Shown here piece after piece: positions 12,668-25,790 of a stretch of DNA of 64,000 nucleotides. Made by a program: the position numbers and the translations under genes. The notes under the pieces were generated by a model. It had not been told where the DNA came from and did not search any database. It saw only the letters and a program-made list of their open reading frames with translations. The DNA is taken from NCBI RefSeq assembly GCF_009914755.1, contig NC_060930.1, one strand, 5' to 3'. The stretch's first letter is position 1. Every line of letters begins with the position of its first letter. This stretch comes from the human T2T-CHM13v2.0 reference genome, Homo sapiens.

Positions 12668-12900
12668 CCAACATTTATTGGACACTTACTGTATACCAGT
12701 ACTTTGTTAAATGCCGTTTTATTTGGAATGAATGCCTATTTATTCTCTCATCTAATTCTCACAACAGCATACAAAGCAGGTGCTATTCTTACTCCCATTT
12801 CCCAGTTGAGTAAGCCAAGACTTAAGGAGATTAAGTGAATTTTTCAAGATGAGAGGCAGCTAGCAAAGGGGACAGTCTGACCCAGCCATATGACTCCTGA
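12668..12900 (-). mobile_element. MIR SINE
   Basis: ACATTTATTGGACACTTACTGTATACCAG...ATCTAATTCTCACAAC...CCCATTTCCCAGTTGAG. Confidence 0.75.
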
Positions 12901-13052
12901 ACACATGGTCTCAAGCCCTCTTTTACTTAAGCTCTCCTGCTGGACTGAAAGCTCCATGCCTATCACCGTATATATAGATAATAACAAATGTAGTTGCATT
13001 GAATTAAACTACAGAGTGTTTTACTTCCGTGCCCCAGATGATTAGTGGGTGT

Positions 13053-13263
13053 CACTGGTTCTCAACTGAGGCCATTTTGCCCCTAGGGGACATTTGGCGA
13101 TGTCTAGAGACATTTTTGGCTGTTGCAAGTTGGGGAGGAGGTGCTGCTGGCATCTGGTGATTAGAGGCCAGGGATACCGCTAAACATCCTGGGGACAGGA
13201 CAGCCCCCACAATAAAAAAATGTCGCACCAGAAATACCAGTAGTGTCGGGGTTGAGAAATCTG
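13053..13263 (+). mobile_element. MER20 hAT-Charlie DNA transposon, near full length
   Basis: TGGTTCTCAAC...TTTTGCCCCTAGGGGACATTTGGCGATGTCTAGAGACATTTTTGG...AGAGGCCAGGGAT...GTTGAGAAATCTG. Terminal inverted repeats present. Confidence 0.9.
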
Positions 13264-13972
13264 GTGTATATCAGTTTGGTAACTTTTTGTGAAATATAGA
13301 GGCAAGATTATCCCCAGCAATCATAGCAGTGAAAGGTTTATGCTTATCACATGTTTTCTGAGGATAATTTTTTGAGCATTTTCATTGTTGAATCCTTTTT
13401 TTCAGCAATTGCCAGTTGTTAAAAACCAAGACTCATCTTTGTCATTCTCCCAAGATACAACATTAGCGCAAGCTAGGCTGATGCCTGGTGTCGTGGAAAT
13501 ACTGCACCAGCCAGAGACGCGTGGTTTTGTTTAGGGCTTGTGCATTGTGAACTTGGTCTACATTTTTCATTGTATAGCATTAAAACTTTAAAAAAAAGTA
13601 TACAAGCATACTTTTAGCATCTCTACTTCCTGAATAGCATGTTTATAAACATGGGCCAACTGGATTAAACTAACTGCATGTGTAGAGTCACCAAACACAG
13701 TAAAATTATCACTAAATTCTGCATATTCTTTACGTTCACTTGGAATTATAAAAGCAGATGCTACTCTTGTATGCTTAACAGTATTTGACTAGAATAAAAT
13801 AAGTTCAAAAGCAGTGTTTATTTTTTATTTTTGATACTTTTTATGAGAAACTTAAATATTGGTATTTGGTATTACATTCATAATTTATCCATGAGCTCTT
13901 AATATGTTATACCACTGTAAACAAACAATCCTGTAAATAACATCTTCTAGATAAATATGTTTGTAACAATAA

Positions 13973-14294
<322 letters not shown>

Positions 14295-16612
14295 GATGTC
14301 CATTTCTTATGAAAAAATTTAACCACAGATCTCTAGGACTGCATTGCTTTATCTGCAAACCCCTACTCAATTTATTAGCATTATGCTGTTTACTGTAATC
14401 CTCCATGTTGGCATTTGAGGCATAGCACTGTGGTCAACTCTGTGGTCCCATTGGTCTTGAAGTGTGCTTGTGTTTCCTGGGTCATGGGTCTGCTGTAGTC
14501 TTTGCAGGCACCCAGCACACAAGGGTGGCACATGAGAGTCACTGAATGCATGCTGGCTAACCAATTTCTGCTATTACGTGGATTAATTTCTGGCTTCATC
14601 ATGTCACGTTCATAAATTAGACATCAAAAATTATAAAATAGGTAATATGTTTTTAAATATATAATATGGTATTAAAGTAATAACTTCAGATTTTGTCAAA
14701 ACTTGTTAATGTGTGATTGGATTTAAAAATGGAGGTTTAGACTGAAGCACCACTAGGATAGAGGAGAGATGGCAAAGTGAGTGGGAGACGAGTATTTATA
14801 TGCAGAATTTATAGGAGAAACTTTGCAGATGGATTCCATGAGCCTTGGACTTCTAAACCACATAGAAAGTCTAAAAGGGAGTAGAGGGAAGATGTGTGAA
14901 CGCTTGTGGAGAGGTGCGTGTGGAAAATGATGTGGCTGTGTTGTGAATCCTCATTCCCTCACAGGGAGGAGGTGGCTGGGGGAGCCACACCCTTCATCTG
15001 TAGCCTAGTGAGAGGATTTCCATCAGCTGTTGCAGGGCTCTTGAAGTGTGTTCTTACACTTGGGAGATGCAGAGTACTGCTGCCTGAGAAGGATGAAGTG
15101 GGCTCTAGTAAGAGCATAGAGATGCCTGGGATTGCCCTGCACTCCCAGAAGTTTTTGGAGCAAGGGATGTATCATTGTCTTCCGATCCAAATACTGGCCA
15201 TGTGAAAGAGCTGGTGTGGGACTGTCCTGGGTCTTGCCCAACAGGGCCACCTAGAAGGATGGAGGGACCCCAGCAGCAAGGAGCTGAAAGGGATGCTCCG
15301 TTTCTGGGAGCTCGGGAGGGATCTGAAGATACTGCCCCGAATCAAGCTGCATACACGTGGGTCAGCAGAGTGCAGGAGATCAGACCCAGAAATGGGAACC
15401 TGAAGAATACTGTGAGGTCCCCACGAAAGCATAAAACCACTCAGGCTAGCTAAGAATTGCCCACCCCTTTCCCAGACTCACACAGGTGTGAAATACCATA
15501 ACATATTAGCAAGTTGATCAAGAATCATAAAATGGATATTCCAGTTGCAAACCTTTTTTCTCATAATATACGTGATGCTTTTTAAGTGAACCAATGTCCC
15601 GCACCCCGACACACACACATATAGCACTCATATCTGTAAACACTCAACACCCAGGAAAGCAGGTCTGTATCCCCAGGCTGACCACAGATCTGTGGCGTCT
15701 ATGGGCCAGTCTGATCAGATTCCCTCTTAAGAACTTAAACTGGAAGGAAGCAAAGAAACTGTTGTTACTTAGTAAGAGAAAAAAGAGACACAGGAGTTTC
15801 TGTGGCTGCTGATGGTGGAGCGCTCACGTGAAGATCCACCTGCTTCCGCTGTGGGAGTCCGGGAATCTGCTTTGGATCCCACCCCGCACCCCATTCTCCA
15901 ACCGGAGGGCAGCTTCTTGTCACAGCCTTATTCTAGGGCTCCATGAGGGGGGTCTCTCATCACCCCTTACATAAACAGCTCCTTATCTGTTCCACCTAGA
16001 GGGAATGTTTGTTCCTAGCAAACAAATGAGCCTAAACTAAAATATGCTAAAGGAAAGAAAACCTCTGTATCTGTTTGGAGAATAAATGAAAAGCAAATTA
16101 ACTTCTGAGGTATTTGGAATTAGTTTGGGGTTTTGTTTGCATGTTTGTTTTTCACTAGAAACCTAAACGAAAGGCAAAGTTGGTTTTGAAAGATGACTCA
16201 TTTCTAATTCAAAGTGTTTAAAAACGTCCTAGTTTTCAACTCTCCATAAGTCTTAGGCATTCCTGGGGCCTCATTCAGGCTCTGCGGGGCTGAGAAACTC
16301 CCCTAAGCTCACTGTCCTGGACGTTATGTCTGAGAACTATTGGCCAGAGATTCTTACAGGGTTATTACACTAATCTAGTGGGACACCTGGGTGCTTTCGT
16401 AAAAAGGACAAGATCAGTTCTCAGTGCTATCGTGATGCGGTAATTTAAATAGCCCATTACACTGTTCATAGCAATTTCCCCCTTTTATACTTGAAATGGA
16501 GCTGCGGTTGGGCAAGTGTCATACATAATCAGATGTCAGAGCTGTGACCAGCATTCTCCAGTGCTTGTGGCTCAGATTTATGCCTATCCCTTTGGGGCTT
16601 CCCTGGTTATTA

Positions 16613-17773
16613 CAAGAGCCCCACTTATCTGCAGGGGATGTATTCCAAGACCTCTAGATGCCTGAAACTGGGCATAGTACTGAGCCCTGTACACCCAGTT
16701 TTTTTCTTGTACACACATATTATACCTAATTATAACAATGTACTGTAATAAAAATTATGTGAATGTGGTCTCTCTCAAAAAATACTCATGTTTCTTCTGA
16801 TGATATTAGACGATAAAATGCTTACAGGATGAGAGGAAGTGAGTGAATGACGTGGACATTGTGATGTCGCTTTTGACTTTCTGATGAAACCTCAGAAGGA
16901 GGATCATCTGCTTCAGGTGACCCTGGATCCTGGAGCCTGGGTAATGATGACGTTGATGGTTGGATGTCAGAAGTGGACGATGTTGAAAGTTAATGGGCAG
17001 GTAGCTTCTACACCTTGGATAAGGTGGACAAAGGGGTGACTCACATTGCAAGCAGGCTGGAGCGGGACTGTATTAGGGTTCTTTAGAGGGACAGAACTAA
17101 TAGGATAGATGCATATATGAAAGGGAGTTTATTAAAGGGAATTGACTTACACAATCACAAGCTGAAGTCCCACAATAGGCCGTCTGCAAGCTGAGGAGCA
17201 AGGAAGCCAGTGGTTGACTAGTCTGAGTCCAAAACCTCAAAAGTAGGGAAGCTGACAGTGCAGCCTTCAGTCTGTGGCCAGAGGCCCCGTGGCTCCTGGC
17301 AAACCACTGGTGTAAGTCCAAGACTCCAAAAGCTGAAGAACTCGGAGTCTGATGTTCAAGGGCATGAAGCATCCAGCATGGGAGAAAGATGAAGGCCAGA
17401 AGACTCAGCAAGTCCAGTCTTTCTGGTTTCTTCTGCCTGCTTTATTCTAGCTGTGCTGGCAGCTGATTAGATGGTGCCCACTCAGATTGAGGGTGAGTCT
17501 GTCTGTCCCAGTCCACTGACTCAAATGTTAATCTCCTTTGGCAACACCCTCACACACATACCCAGAAACAATACTTTGCATCCTTCAGTCCAATCAAGTT
17601 GACACTCAGTATTAATTGTCACTGGGACTGTGTTTCATGATGCTACTCAGCATGGTGTAAAATTGAACACTTATGAATTATTTCAGAAATTTTCCATTTA
17701 ATATTTTCAGACAACAGTTGACTGTGGGTAACTGAAACTGCAGAAAATGAAACCACAGATAACGGGACTACTG
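16613..17773 (-). mobile_element. MER44-type (TcMar-Tigger) non-autonomous transposon, interrupted by an MLT2A LTR
   Basis: The reverse complement starts CAGTAGTCCC-TTATCTGTGGTTTCATTTTCTGCAGTTTCAGTTACCC. TA dinucleotides flank both ends (16611-12, 17774-75). Confidence 0.8.
17069..17623 (-). mobile_element. MLT2A (MLT2A2-like) ERVL solo LTR nested in MER44
   Basis: TGTATTAGGGTTCTTTAGAGGGACAGAACTAATAGGATAG...CAATCAAGTTGACACTCAGTATTAA. Perfect 5-bp TSD GGGAC (17064-68, 17624-28). Confidence 0.9.
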
Positions 17774-18050
17774 TATGTAATACGTAAGGTCATAATCATG
17801 CCTTCCTTAATCTATAGGACAAGTGAGAGGCAGCTTGGTGATGTGGTGTGTGAGGCTTAGGTAAGACCCATCCTTTAATGTCTATCTTACATGTCTACCG
17901 TCAATGTCAGAAATCCATTCAGTATATCATTTCTCTAGGCATATAGTGAATGAATTAATAATTGCATTCATTAAACTAACATTATACGTCTTTTCCTGCA
18001 CAAGGTACTGGTAAAGAAAGTGGGGAGATAGAGAAGGGAGAGAGAAAAAT

Positions 18051-18187
18051 GGCCTAAGGGCTGTGGTGTGTGCTTGTAGTCCCCGCTACTTGGGGAGCTG
18101 AGGCAGGAAGATTGCTTGAGCCCAGGAGTTTGAGTCTAGCCTGGGCAACTTAGTGAGACCCATCTCGAAAAAAAAAAAGGAAAAAAA
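18051..18187 (+). mobile_element. FLAM (free left Alu monomer)
   Basis: TGTAGTCCCCGCTACTTGGGGAGCTGAGGCAGGAAGATTGCTTGAGCCCAGGAGTTTGAG...CATCTC followed by an A tail. Confidence 0.85.
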
Positions 18188-18224
18188 TTTTAAAAAGTAC
18201 AGCTTCTATGTAAGAAAACAAAAA

Positions 18225-18470
18225 CTACATAGGAGAAGTGAGTTCTAGCTTTTTATACCACTGTAGGATAATTGTAGTTAAGAATACACAGTTTCAAATA
18301 GCTAGAAGGAGGATATTGAATGTTCTCAACACAAGGAAGTGATAAATGTTTGAGATGATATGCTGATTACCCAGATCTGATCACTATAGATTGTATGTAT
18401 CAGGACATCACTATGTGCTCTTTAAATATATACAATTATGCATCAATTAAATAAAATAGAAAAAGTAAAA
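18225..18470 (+). mobile_element. L1MA 3' end
   Basis: TTTCAAATAGCTAGAAGGAGGATATTGAATGTTCTCAACACAAG...GATTACCCAGATCTGATCA followed by an A-rich tail. Confidence 0.8.
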
Positions 18471-18657
18471 TATTTAAGATGCAGTTTCTTCCCTCATGAA
18501 ATTAGCGATTCAGTATATACATAGTCGTAAGAGGATGAAAAAAATTAGGGCGAAATAGTAGGTGTGGGTAGAATGCAGAGGGCTTTATGGAGAGAATCTT
18601 GGAATGTCGGTTTTGAAGGGCAGATTGCAGCCAGATAATGAAAAGTCTTAACACGCC

Positions 18658-19238
18658 CTATCAGCCAGAGCCTGGTTAGGGAGCGAGGACCCACACTAGG
18701 TGTTTCAAAGAGGGACTTTTATATGGGGGGTTGATCTCATAGGCATTGCCATGAAAGGGCCAGAAGAGAACACCAAGGTAACCCTGACAGCTGCAGGTGC
18801 CACCTTGAGGGCTGGGAGAACAAGGGGAGAGATGGGGTTTTCAGCTCCTGGAACTTGGAGAGAGGGCTTTATAGAGGCGGGACTCAGGCTTCCAAAAAGG
18901 GGTCTGACCCAGCTGCTTCTAGGACTCTTAGGAACTCAGCTAGGCTGTTTCTGCGAGCATAGAAAGAAAGTGGAAGCTGGAACCTTCGGTCACTGCTGGA
19001 GTAAAGTGCCCATGCAGGGGTGATGCTGACAGGAAGCAAAGAGAAGGGAGGAACCTCTTTCTCCACCCACTTGATTTAGAGTTTCCTTCTAGTGTCTTCT
19101 AGTTACTTGGCAGAACCTAATGGAGGCAGCTGGCAAGGGGGCCTGGGAAGTGTGGTATACAGAGCCACAGCCCAGTGTCACAGAAGGGTTTACAAGGGTG
19201 CATTTGGAGCTGAGAGCCAATAGCAAAGTAACCAGGCT
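18658..19238 (-). mobile_element. Ancient LTR (LTR78/LTR79-like)
   Basis: TGGCAGAACCTAATGGAGGCAGCTGGCAAGGGG...GGAGCTGAGAGCCAATAGC resembles the ends of old eutherian LTRs. Subfamily uncertain. Confidence 0.4.
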
Positions 19239-19399
19239 CCTGGTGATAGGAAAGCTTGAGAAACCTATTTTGTAGGAAATGGGATTTATCAGCTGTTTTA
19301 AGCAAGGGTGAGCCATGAGCTTGGCACAGATGCAGAGGTCACTTTGGTTGAGGGATGAGACCCTAAGGTAGGGAGGCTAGTTAGGAAGCCATGGCAGGT

Positions 19400-19696
19400 T
19401 GCATTTTCCAGCACCCACTATCTCCCATCCCGTCCATTCTTCTTCCATTGTAACTTTGTCACTTCTCCAATTGAAAGGTGACATCTATTCTCCCTCCCCT
19501 TGAATTGGGCAGATTTATGACTAGAGTGGAAGAGATGCTGTGGGGCTTACGTGATTCGGCAGTGAAAGGCTCTATACCTTTTTCTGAGTGTTCCTTAAGT
19601 TTCTCACTTTCAGAACCAGCCACTGAGCTGGGAGGAAGCCGAAGTAGCCATAGAAAAGACTAGGTCTGGTGTTCCATCTGATAGCCAGGGTCAATC
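19400..19696 (+). mobile_element. MLT1 (G/H-like) LTR fragment
   Basis: TCTATTCTCCCTCCCCTTGAATTGGGC...CAGCCACTGAGCTGGGAGGAAGCC. Confidence 0.5.
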
Positions 19697-19784
19697 TTCA
19701 ATAAAAATTAAAAAAAATTAATATAGCACATAATGAGTTTACTTCTGGATGGGTGGTATTATGAGGTGTATGTGATGGGAATTC

Positions 19785-20850
19785 TGTTAAGTGTTTGGGG
19801 ACACGGGTCTGGAGCTCAATGGAGAGGCAAGGTGTGAATATGGGGGTCATCGTGGACAGAAGTCAAATGAGCTCTCCTTGGAAAGAAGAGTAGAATGAGG
19901 AGAAAGGGAGTAAGGACAGAACTGTGGGGGAATCTGACATTGAAAAAGGCAAGGGAGAAGCAGAGAATTAAGAGGAGAACCAGAAAGTTATCTTGCTGAA
20001 ATCACTGATGAAGAGAATTTCAGAAAGGATGGAGTTGTGGTGCCAAATTCTGCAAACAAGTGGCTAGAAGAACTGGAAAGAGGTCATGTGTTAGCTTCCC
20101 AGGGCTGCTGTAAAAAGTACCACAAAATGGGTGGCTTAGAGCAACAATAATTTGTTTTCTCATCGATATGGAGGCTAGAAGTCTGCAATCAAAGTGTTGG
20201 CAGGGCCTTGTTCCCTCTGAAGGCTCTTAGGAAGAATTTGTCCTTGCCTCCCTAGCTTCTGGTGGTGACATCAGACCTTGGTGTTCCTTGGCTTGTAGAT
20301 GCGTCACTCCAGTCACTGCCTCCATTGTCCATGGTGGTCTCCCTGTGTGTTTTGCAGTCTCTTCTTTTTTTATAAAAACACCAGTCAGATTAGATTAGGG
20401 CCGCCCTGATGACCTCATATTAACTTGATGACATCTGCAAAGACCCTAATTCCAGATAACCTCAAGTTCACAGGCTTGGGGTGGATGTTAATGTTTGGGA
20501 GACACTCTTTAGCCCAGTACAGGCCGTCTTTGGAGATGGTTACGGAGAGAGTGGTCTCCATGAGTGGTGTGGGCAGATGTAGGTAGCATTGATGAGAGGG
20601 GTAAGAGATGGAGCACATGGACAGCTCTTTGAAGCACCTGGCCAGGGGAGAGGAGAGTGGAGGTGGCGTGCTAGAGAGACAGGTAGAGGTTTTTCTTTTT
20701 TTCCTTCTGGATGGGAGCAACTGGGGCAAGTTTATAGGCTGGGGCAAGCATCCAGTTGACAGAGAAAGAATCACGGTTTGAGTTAGGAGAACGACAGTAG
20801 GTGGAGCCGGGTCTGGCAGAGGAAGGATATTGTGGGATCCCACTCAAGGT
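19785..20850 (-). mobile_element. L2 fragment split by an MLT1C LTR
   Basis: Purine-rich antisense L2 motifs (GGGTCTGGAGCTCAATGGAGAGG; TGGACAGCTCTTTGAAG) lie on both sides of the LTR. Confidence 0.5.
20087..20521 (-). mobile_element. MLT1C-like MaLR solo LTR
   Basis: TGTGTTAGCTTCCCAGGGCTGCTGTAAAAAGTACCACAAAATGGGTGGCTTA...ACATCTGCAAAGACCCTA...CCCAGTACA. Confidence 0.85.
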
Positions 20851-22989
20851 TGGAGTTCATGCAGAAGGAGGAGGACCCACAGCCCTGGATGGAGACGTCA
20901 GCCTGAGTGCCATGCAGCCACAGACCCAGGAGCAGATGGAGCCGGACGGGCTGCAGTCATAAAGGAGCTGCCCTTTTTTGCTTCTCCATGGTCTAGGTCT
21001 GTTTCATTGTTCTCTTATTTTTGAAGGTAGCTATGAAAACATATTCCTGCCATCTGGCTCTTCAAAGGCATTGTAGGTTGCTGGCTTGCTCCAGAGGCCA
21101 CGATGAAGCAGTCAGTACCACCTCCAGGGCTGGGGTCAGCTCTGCTAACAATAGGCACCCCCGGTTCCTGTGGGAGGCACTTCCCTGCACACAGAGAAGA
21201 ATTGGGGAAAAAGATGGAGAGGACAAGGCTGAGGCCCCACAACACCGTGAAATGAGTTGACTAATGTCAGGCCCAGAGCTTTGTTTATTTTGGGGAGGGG
21301 TCGTGAATTCAGAGTCCTTTTGAGAGGGAGTGGAGGAATTTCACATGAGTAACCATTGGCATGGATCATTTCTGTGCTCTGAGCCCCCTGAGGTTTCCCA
21401 TGAAGCACGATTTCTGTTGATTTTTCTTTCAGGATGGTGGCGTTGGAGGGTTCTGAGGGAGTCAGTTTTCTCAAGCCTTCTGAATTCTGAACTTGTGGAA
21501 AAAGATACAGAGAATTCAGAGAGGTGTCAAATTTGCTCTTGGCTGGAAAAACTGGATCCAACGGCTTGTTTGTGAAGCCCAAATGAGCGCCCTACTCCCT
21601 TTCTCCTGAGTTGAACTTCCCGGCTGAGCCTGTGGGCCCAGCAGATGGGCAGGGCCTGCTCTTCAGGGTGATGTGGCCCGAGGGGACAGGCAGCTCGAGA
21701 GAAAGCCTAGGAGAGCCGCTTCCCCAACTCCCAGAGGAATGAGACCATGCATGGTTGTGGGATGCGTATTGTCCCATCTCGTGCGAATCTTCTTTACTGT
21801 CCTCAGGAAAAGCCGACAAGAGATGAGAAAAGGCTGCTGCTTCTTCCTCCACCCTCCTGAGAGGGCGACAGTGTTGGTGGACATTCTGATCTCCTGGGCT
21901 GGCAGGGAGGTAGGAGAGGGTGCTCTCCTTGCAAACACTTAGTGAGTACACGTCATGAGATAGTTTCCATGGGGCAGCTTATTGCTCTAGATAATATCAG
22001 TGACCTGTGCAAGACTTCATCTTCTTGGGAGAAAGTACAACAGAGAGGGAGAACCCCTGGGGTGCAGAGCCAGACAGCTGCTTTCCTTTTCTGGGTTTGC
22101 TGTATCATGGGCAGTGGGGTCTTCGGCCATTTCCTCAAACCTCCCTGGGGCCACAGATCCACAGTCTTTAAAACAAAGGTGAGAGAACCTTGTTTAGGAA
22201 ACATATATGACTAAAGGCTCACTAGGTTAAGCAGGACAGGCTGAAAAACTGACAGTGGTTCTGCAAACTGAGCAGAGATTGGGCTGCTGAGGGCCTGTGG
22301 CTCAGTGCCCTCTGCAGTGGATACAGCCGTGGGAGTGGTCCACTCTCCTGTGTGTGCTTCTTACAGGTGGGGGGAATAATTGCCCCAAACCCTCACTGCA
22401 GGGTGCTCGTATTTCCTTGATTCTCCTGACCCGTACTGGACTCAAATATTTTTCCCTTACACGTCCCAGATTTTAGTCTGGGAAATATCTTAATGATTTC
22501 TATAGCCAAAGGTAAGGTGAGCTTATGGTAAGAATAGGGATTTCTTAGGAGAAGAGGCTGCCTTGGAGAGTCTCCCTACTCCTGGAGAATTAATTAGCTG
22601 AAGCCCATCTCCTCACTCTTCTGTGAATACATAGTGTTTATCCGCTCCTGTCTGTGAGCTCATGTTGATTTCTTTGTCTGAAGTGGCTTCCTTCCTCTCC
22701 ACTTGTCTCCTCCCAGCCTGACATTACAAGTGCACATTCTGCCTCACCCACAAAGTTGCACTTGATGATTCCAGCACTCCACGATAGCTCCTCTACTTCT
22801 CCAGTCTCCTAAAGCACTTATAATCTGTACCGTGTAATTTAGAAATTCATTATATCCCGTCTTATTTCATTCTCTAAGTGTTCATTGTGTTAGTCTTGTC
22901 TTTTGTTGAATATAACATTTTTTGAGAGCAAGGTCTGTCTTCCCCAGTGTGTGGACTTCTTGTGTTTCCACAGCTGGGATCTACTTCCC

Positions 22990-23640
22990 AACCTTGAGGA
23001 GCATATAATCTGGTAGAGGGTGAACCTATGAATTTATCACTTGACCGAATATGGTAAAACTGTTAGGCAATTGTGAGCCATCCACCATGGGAATTTGGGA
23101 GGAAGGAGACTGACTTTAGGCTGGGGGGGTTAGGTCCATACCTCCTCAGAGAGGAAAACAGCAGTGCAGTGGTGGCAATAGTGCTGACTTTTAAAGGCTG
23201 AGAGGGATGTTGAGTGAGAAAAAGAAGTTATTCTATGGAGAAGAAATGGCATGTGTAAAGATCTGGGGCATATATTTGGAGAATAGTGAGTAATGTATGT
23301 TGGCTGCTGAATAGTTTACATTTGGTAGGAGGTAGGGCTGGATATGATCAGAGCTGCACTTTGGGAAATTAGTATGACATGAGGTTTAGAACATCCTGGA
23401 GGTAGAGATACTACTTACAAAGCAACTACAACAGCCCAGGTAAGAGAGAGAATGGCTTAAAGTAGGTGGTAGAAGTGAAAATAGAAAGGGACAAATGGTA
23501 GCCATTTTCGAAAGCGGAGTTGAGAAAATGATAAGTTCAGTGTGCAGTGGAAGCCGAGAGGAGTTTCAAGAAGGGCAGAGGGGTGGGGTGGGGGGAGGTA
23601 AGTGAACTGTGTCTATTGCTGCAGAAAGGGTAAGAAATTT
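22990..23640 (-). mobile_element. L2 fragments
   Basis: CCTTGAGGAGCATATAATCTGGTAGAG...ATATGATCAGAGCTGCACTTTGGGAA...GATAAGTTCAGT, antisense L2 motifs. Confidence 0.5.
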
Positions 23641-24897
23641 GCATCTGGTTGTTAGTTGTTAGGTGGTTAGTAGCAGGTCATACCTTGGTGGAACCATATG
23701 CAGATATGAACACAAAGAAGGTGATAACAATTTCCACTTGACCTTTGGAGTGCTCATCTCATCTCATTTGCTGTGAAATTTCATGTCATAATTGTTATTT
23801 GATGTGTGAGAAGTGACTTCTGTAATTAGTGTCTTAAAGTATCATCTTTTTATGTCTCACAATTTTGTGGATCAGGAATTTGGGCAGGCACTGGCCCACG
23901 ATTATTCTGCTTCACATAGAGTTTGACAGGGATCACTTTGTGGTCATTGGCAAGTGGGCTGGTCCAGAGGGTTCAAGATGGCTTTACGCATGCCCTTGCA
24001 GCTGTGGAAGAGTCTCCTGGGAGGCTGAGCTCGTGTGGGCCCCTCCCCTTCTCAGTACACACCAATTCCCTGGAGCCACACAGAACTTTCTTTAACTTTA
24101 GCTCTTTGGGAGGCTGTCTGGAGCCATGGAAGCCATCTTTTTAGTAGAGAAGCTCTTTGAGGCATGCCTTGAACGTCCCTTGCAGGACTTTCGTCTGTCT
24201 GAAATGACCTGTGAGACACCACCTTAGACCTTCTGAAGACCTAACAAAGAATCTTGCAGTAACATCTTGGGTTTGATCTTTGCCGTGGAACCAGTTTTTC
24301 CTTTGAGAATCTTTTGCTGGGAGAGACTAAGGATAAGAAAGTTTTATTTTCAAACCTAGCAAGTCCTGGCTCCTTTATATTTCTTCTACATTCTGTTTAT
24401 AAAAACTAACAGTTCCTTTTTTGGTTCATCTTTGTTTTGAATTTTATCATTGACAACCAGGAGATGAGTTCTGTATGCCACCTGGGAAGCTCCTAGGCCT
24501 AATTCATGAATTCATAGCTGTACCTTCTGTTTTCCATGTTCGTCAAGGGATGGGTTCATTGAACTGTTTGCCATCACATAACATGGGCTATCTCTACTCC
24601 AGTCTCTAATAACAATTTCTCACTGTCCCTCCTTCCCCATTAACAGATGTCTTGAGGCCTTCCAGACCTTGCTCCACCTCCACCACCAGGTCTCCAGTCC
24701 TGAGCCACATGCTGCCATTTTTGTCTCAGAAGCACCCCTCTTCCAGGTAACAAGTGTTTTTTTTTCTGGTAACCTATTGCTGCATAACTACCCCAAAAGT
24801 CAGTGACTGAAAGCACATGCAATTTGACTATGTTTTGTCATTTGGGAAGTGAGGAATTTGAACAAGAGTTCATGTTGTATTAACTGAGGTCACCTAG

Positions 24898-25269
24898 TGC
24901 TGGGGACTGAACATTTGTGTCCCCTCAAAATTCATACCTTTGAAATCCTCACTGCCAATGTGATGGTGTTAGGAGGTGGGGTATTTGGGAGGTGATTAGG
25001 TCATGGGGATGGAGCCCTCATGAATAGGATTACTTCCTTATAAGGAGAGACACAAGTGCTAGCTCTCCCTTTCTGCTTTCTGCCCCTGCGACGATACAAT
25101 GAGAAGGTACCCATCTGCAAACCAGGAAGTGAGTCCTTACCAGACACCAAATCTGCTGGTGCTTGGATCTTGGACTTCCCAGCTCCCAGAACTGTGAGAA
25201 ATAAATGTTTGTTGGTTAAGCCAACCTGTCTGTGGTCTTCTGTTTTAGCAGCATGAATGGGCTCAGACA
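24898..25269 (+). mobile_element. MLT1A/MLT1A0 solo LTR nested in the MLT1H LTR
   Basis: TGCTGGGGACTGAACATTTGTGTCCCCTCAAAATTCATA...TTGGACTTCCCAGC...AGAACTGTGAGAAATAAA...AGACA. Degenerate TSD CCTAG/CCTGA. Confidence 0.85.
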
Positions 25270-25551
25270 CCTGAAATTTTTCTGCTAGTAGCTGGGCTGG
25301 CCTGGGGGTTCAAGAAGGCTTCTGTCAGAGGCCCAGCACTCTGGTAGGGATAGGAAGCCTGGGCTCAGCTGATACCTCAGCTTCCCCATGTCATCTCAGG
25401 GCCTCCCCATAGCCTCTAAGGCGGGACTGTCAGATCTCTTACCTGGCAGCACAGGGCTCCAGGAGACCAAGGTGGAAGCTGCCTGTCCTTTTGAAGCCTG
25501 TGGACTGGCCTGCAGTCACTTCACCATACCCTGTTAGTCAAAGCTGAATAG

Positions 25552-25769
25552 TCACAGAGGAAGTCCATAAAATGCACTCTAACTAGACTACAAAGCCCCC
25601 TCTCAGCTGTCATTTCTCTAGGATAATCAACCTCTGTGCTTCACTCAGTGAGTTAAGAGCAATTTACAAAATGCCTGCTATGTGTTAAACACTGACAAAA
25701 TATATATTTGCTGATAATTTTTATGATTGGTCAACTTGAATGATGAGTTATATAGAAGACTAAAGAGAT
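25552..25769. repeat. Left arm of a ~215-bp inverted repeat (inverted copy of 26327-26544)
   Basis: Aligns to the reverse complement of 26327-26544 with exact blocks of 24 nt (TCACAGAGGAAGTCCATAAAATGC) and 26 nt (TCTAACTAGACTACAAAGCCCCCTCT). About 80-85% identity overall by hand. Confidence 0.95.
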
Positions 25770-25790
25770 TAGTCTCCTTCTCTTTTGTCC

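Noticed and set aside
22303-22320. CTCF-like motif on the - strand (ACTGCAGAGGGCAC); similar one at 33489-33502
   Set aside because: Both are imperfect matches of the kind expected by chance in 64 kb and cannot be supported without ChIP data.
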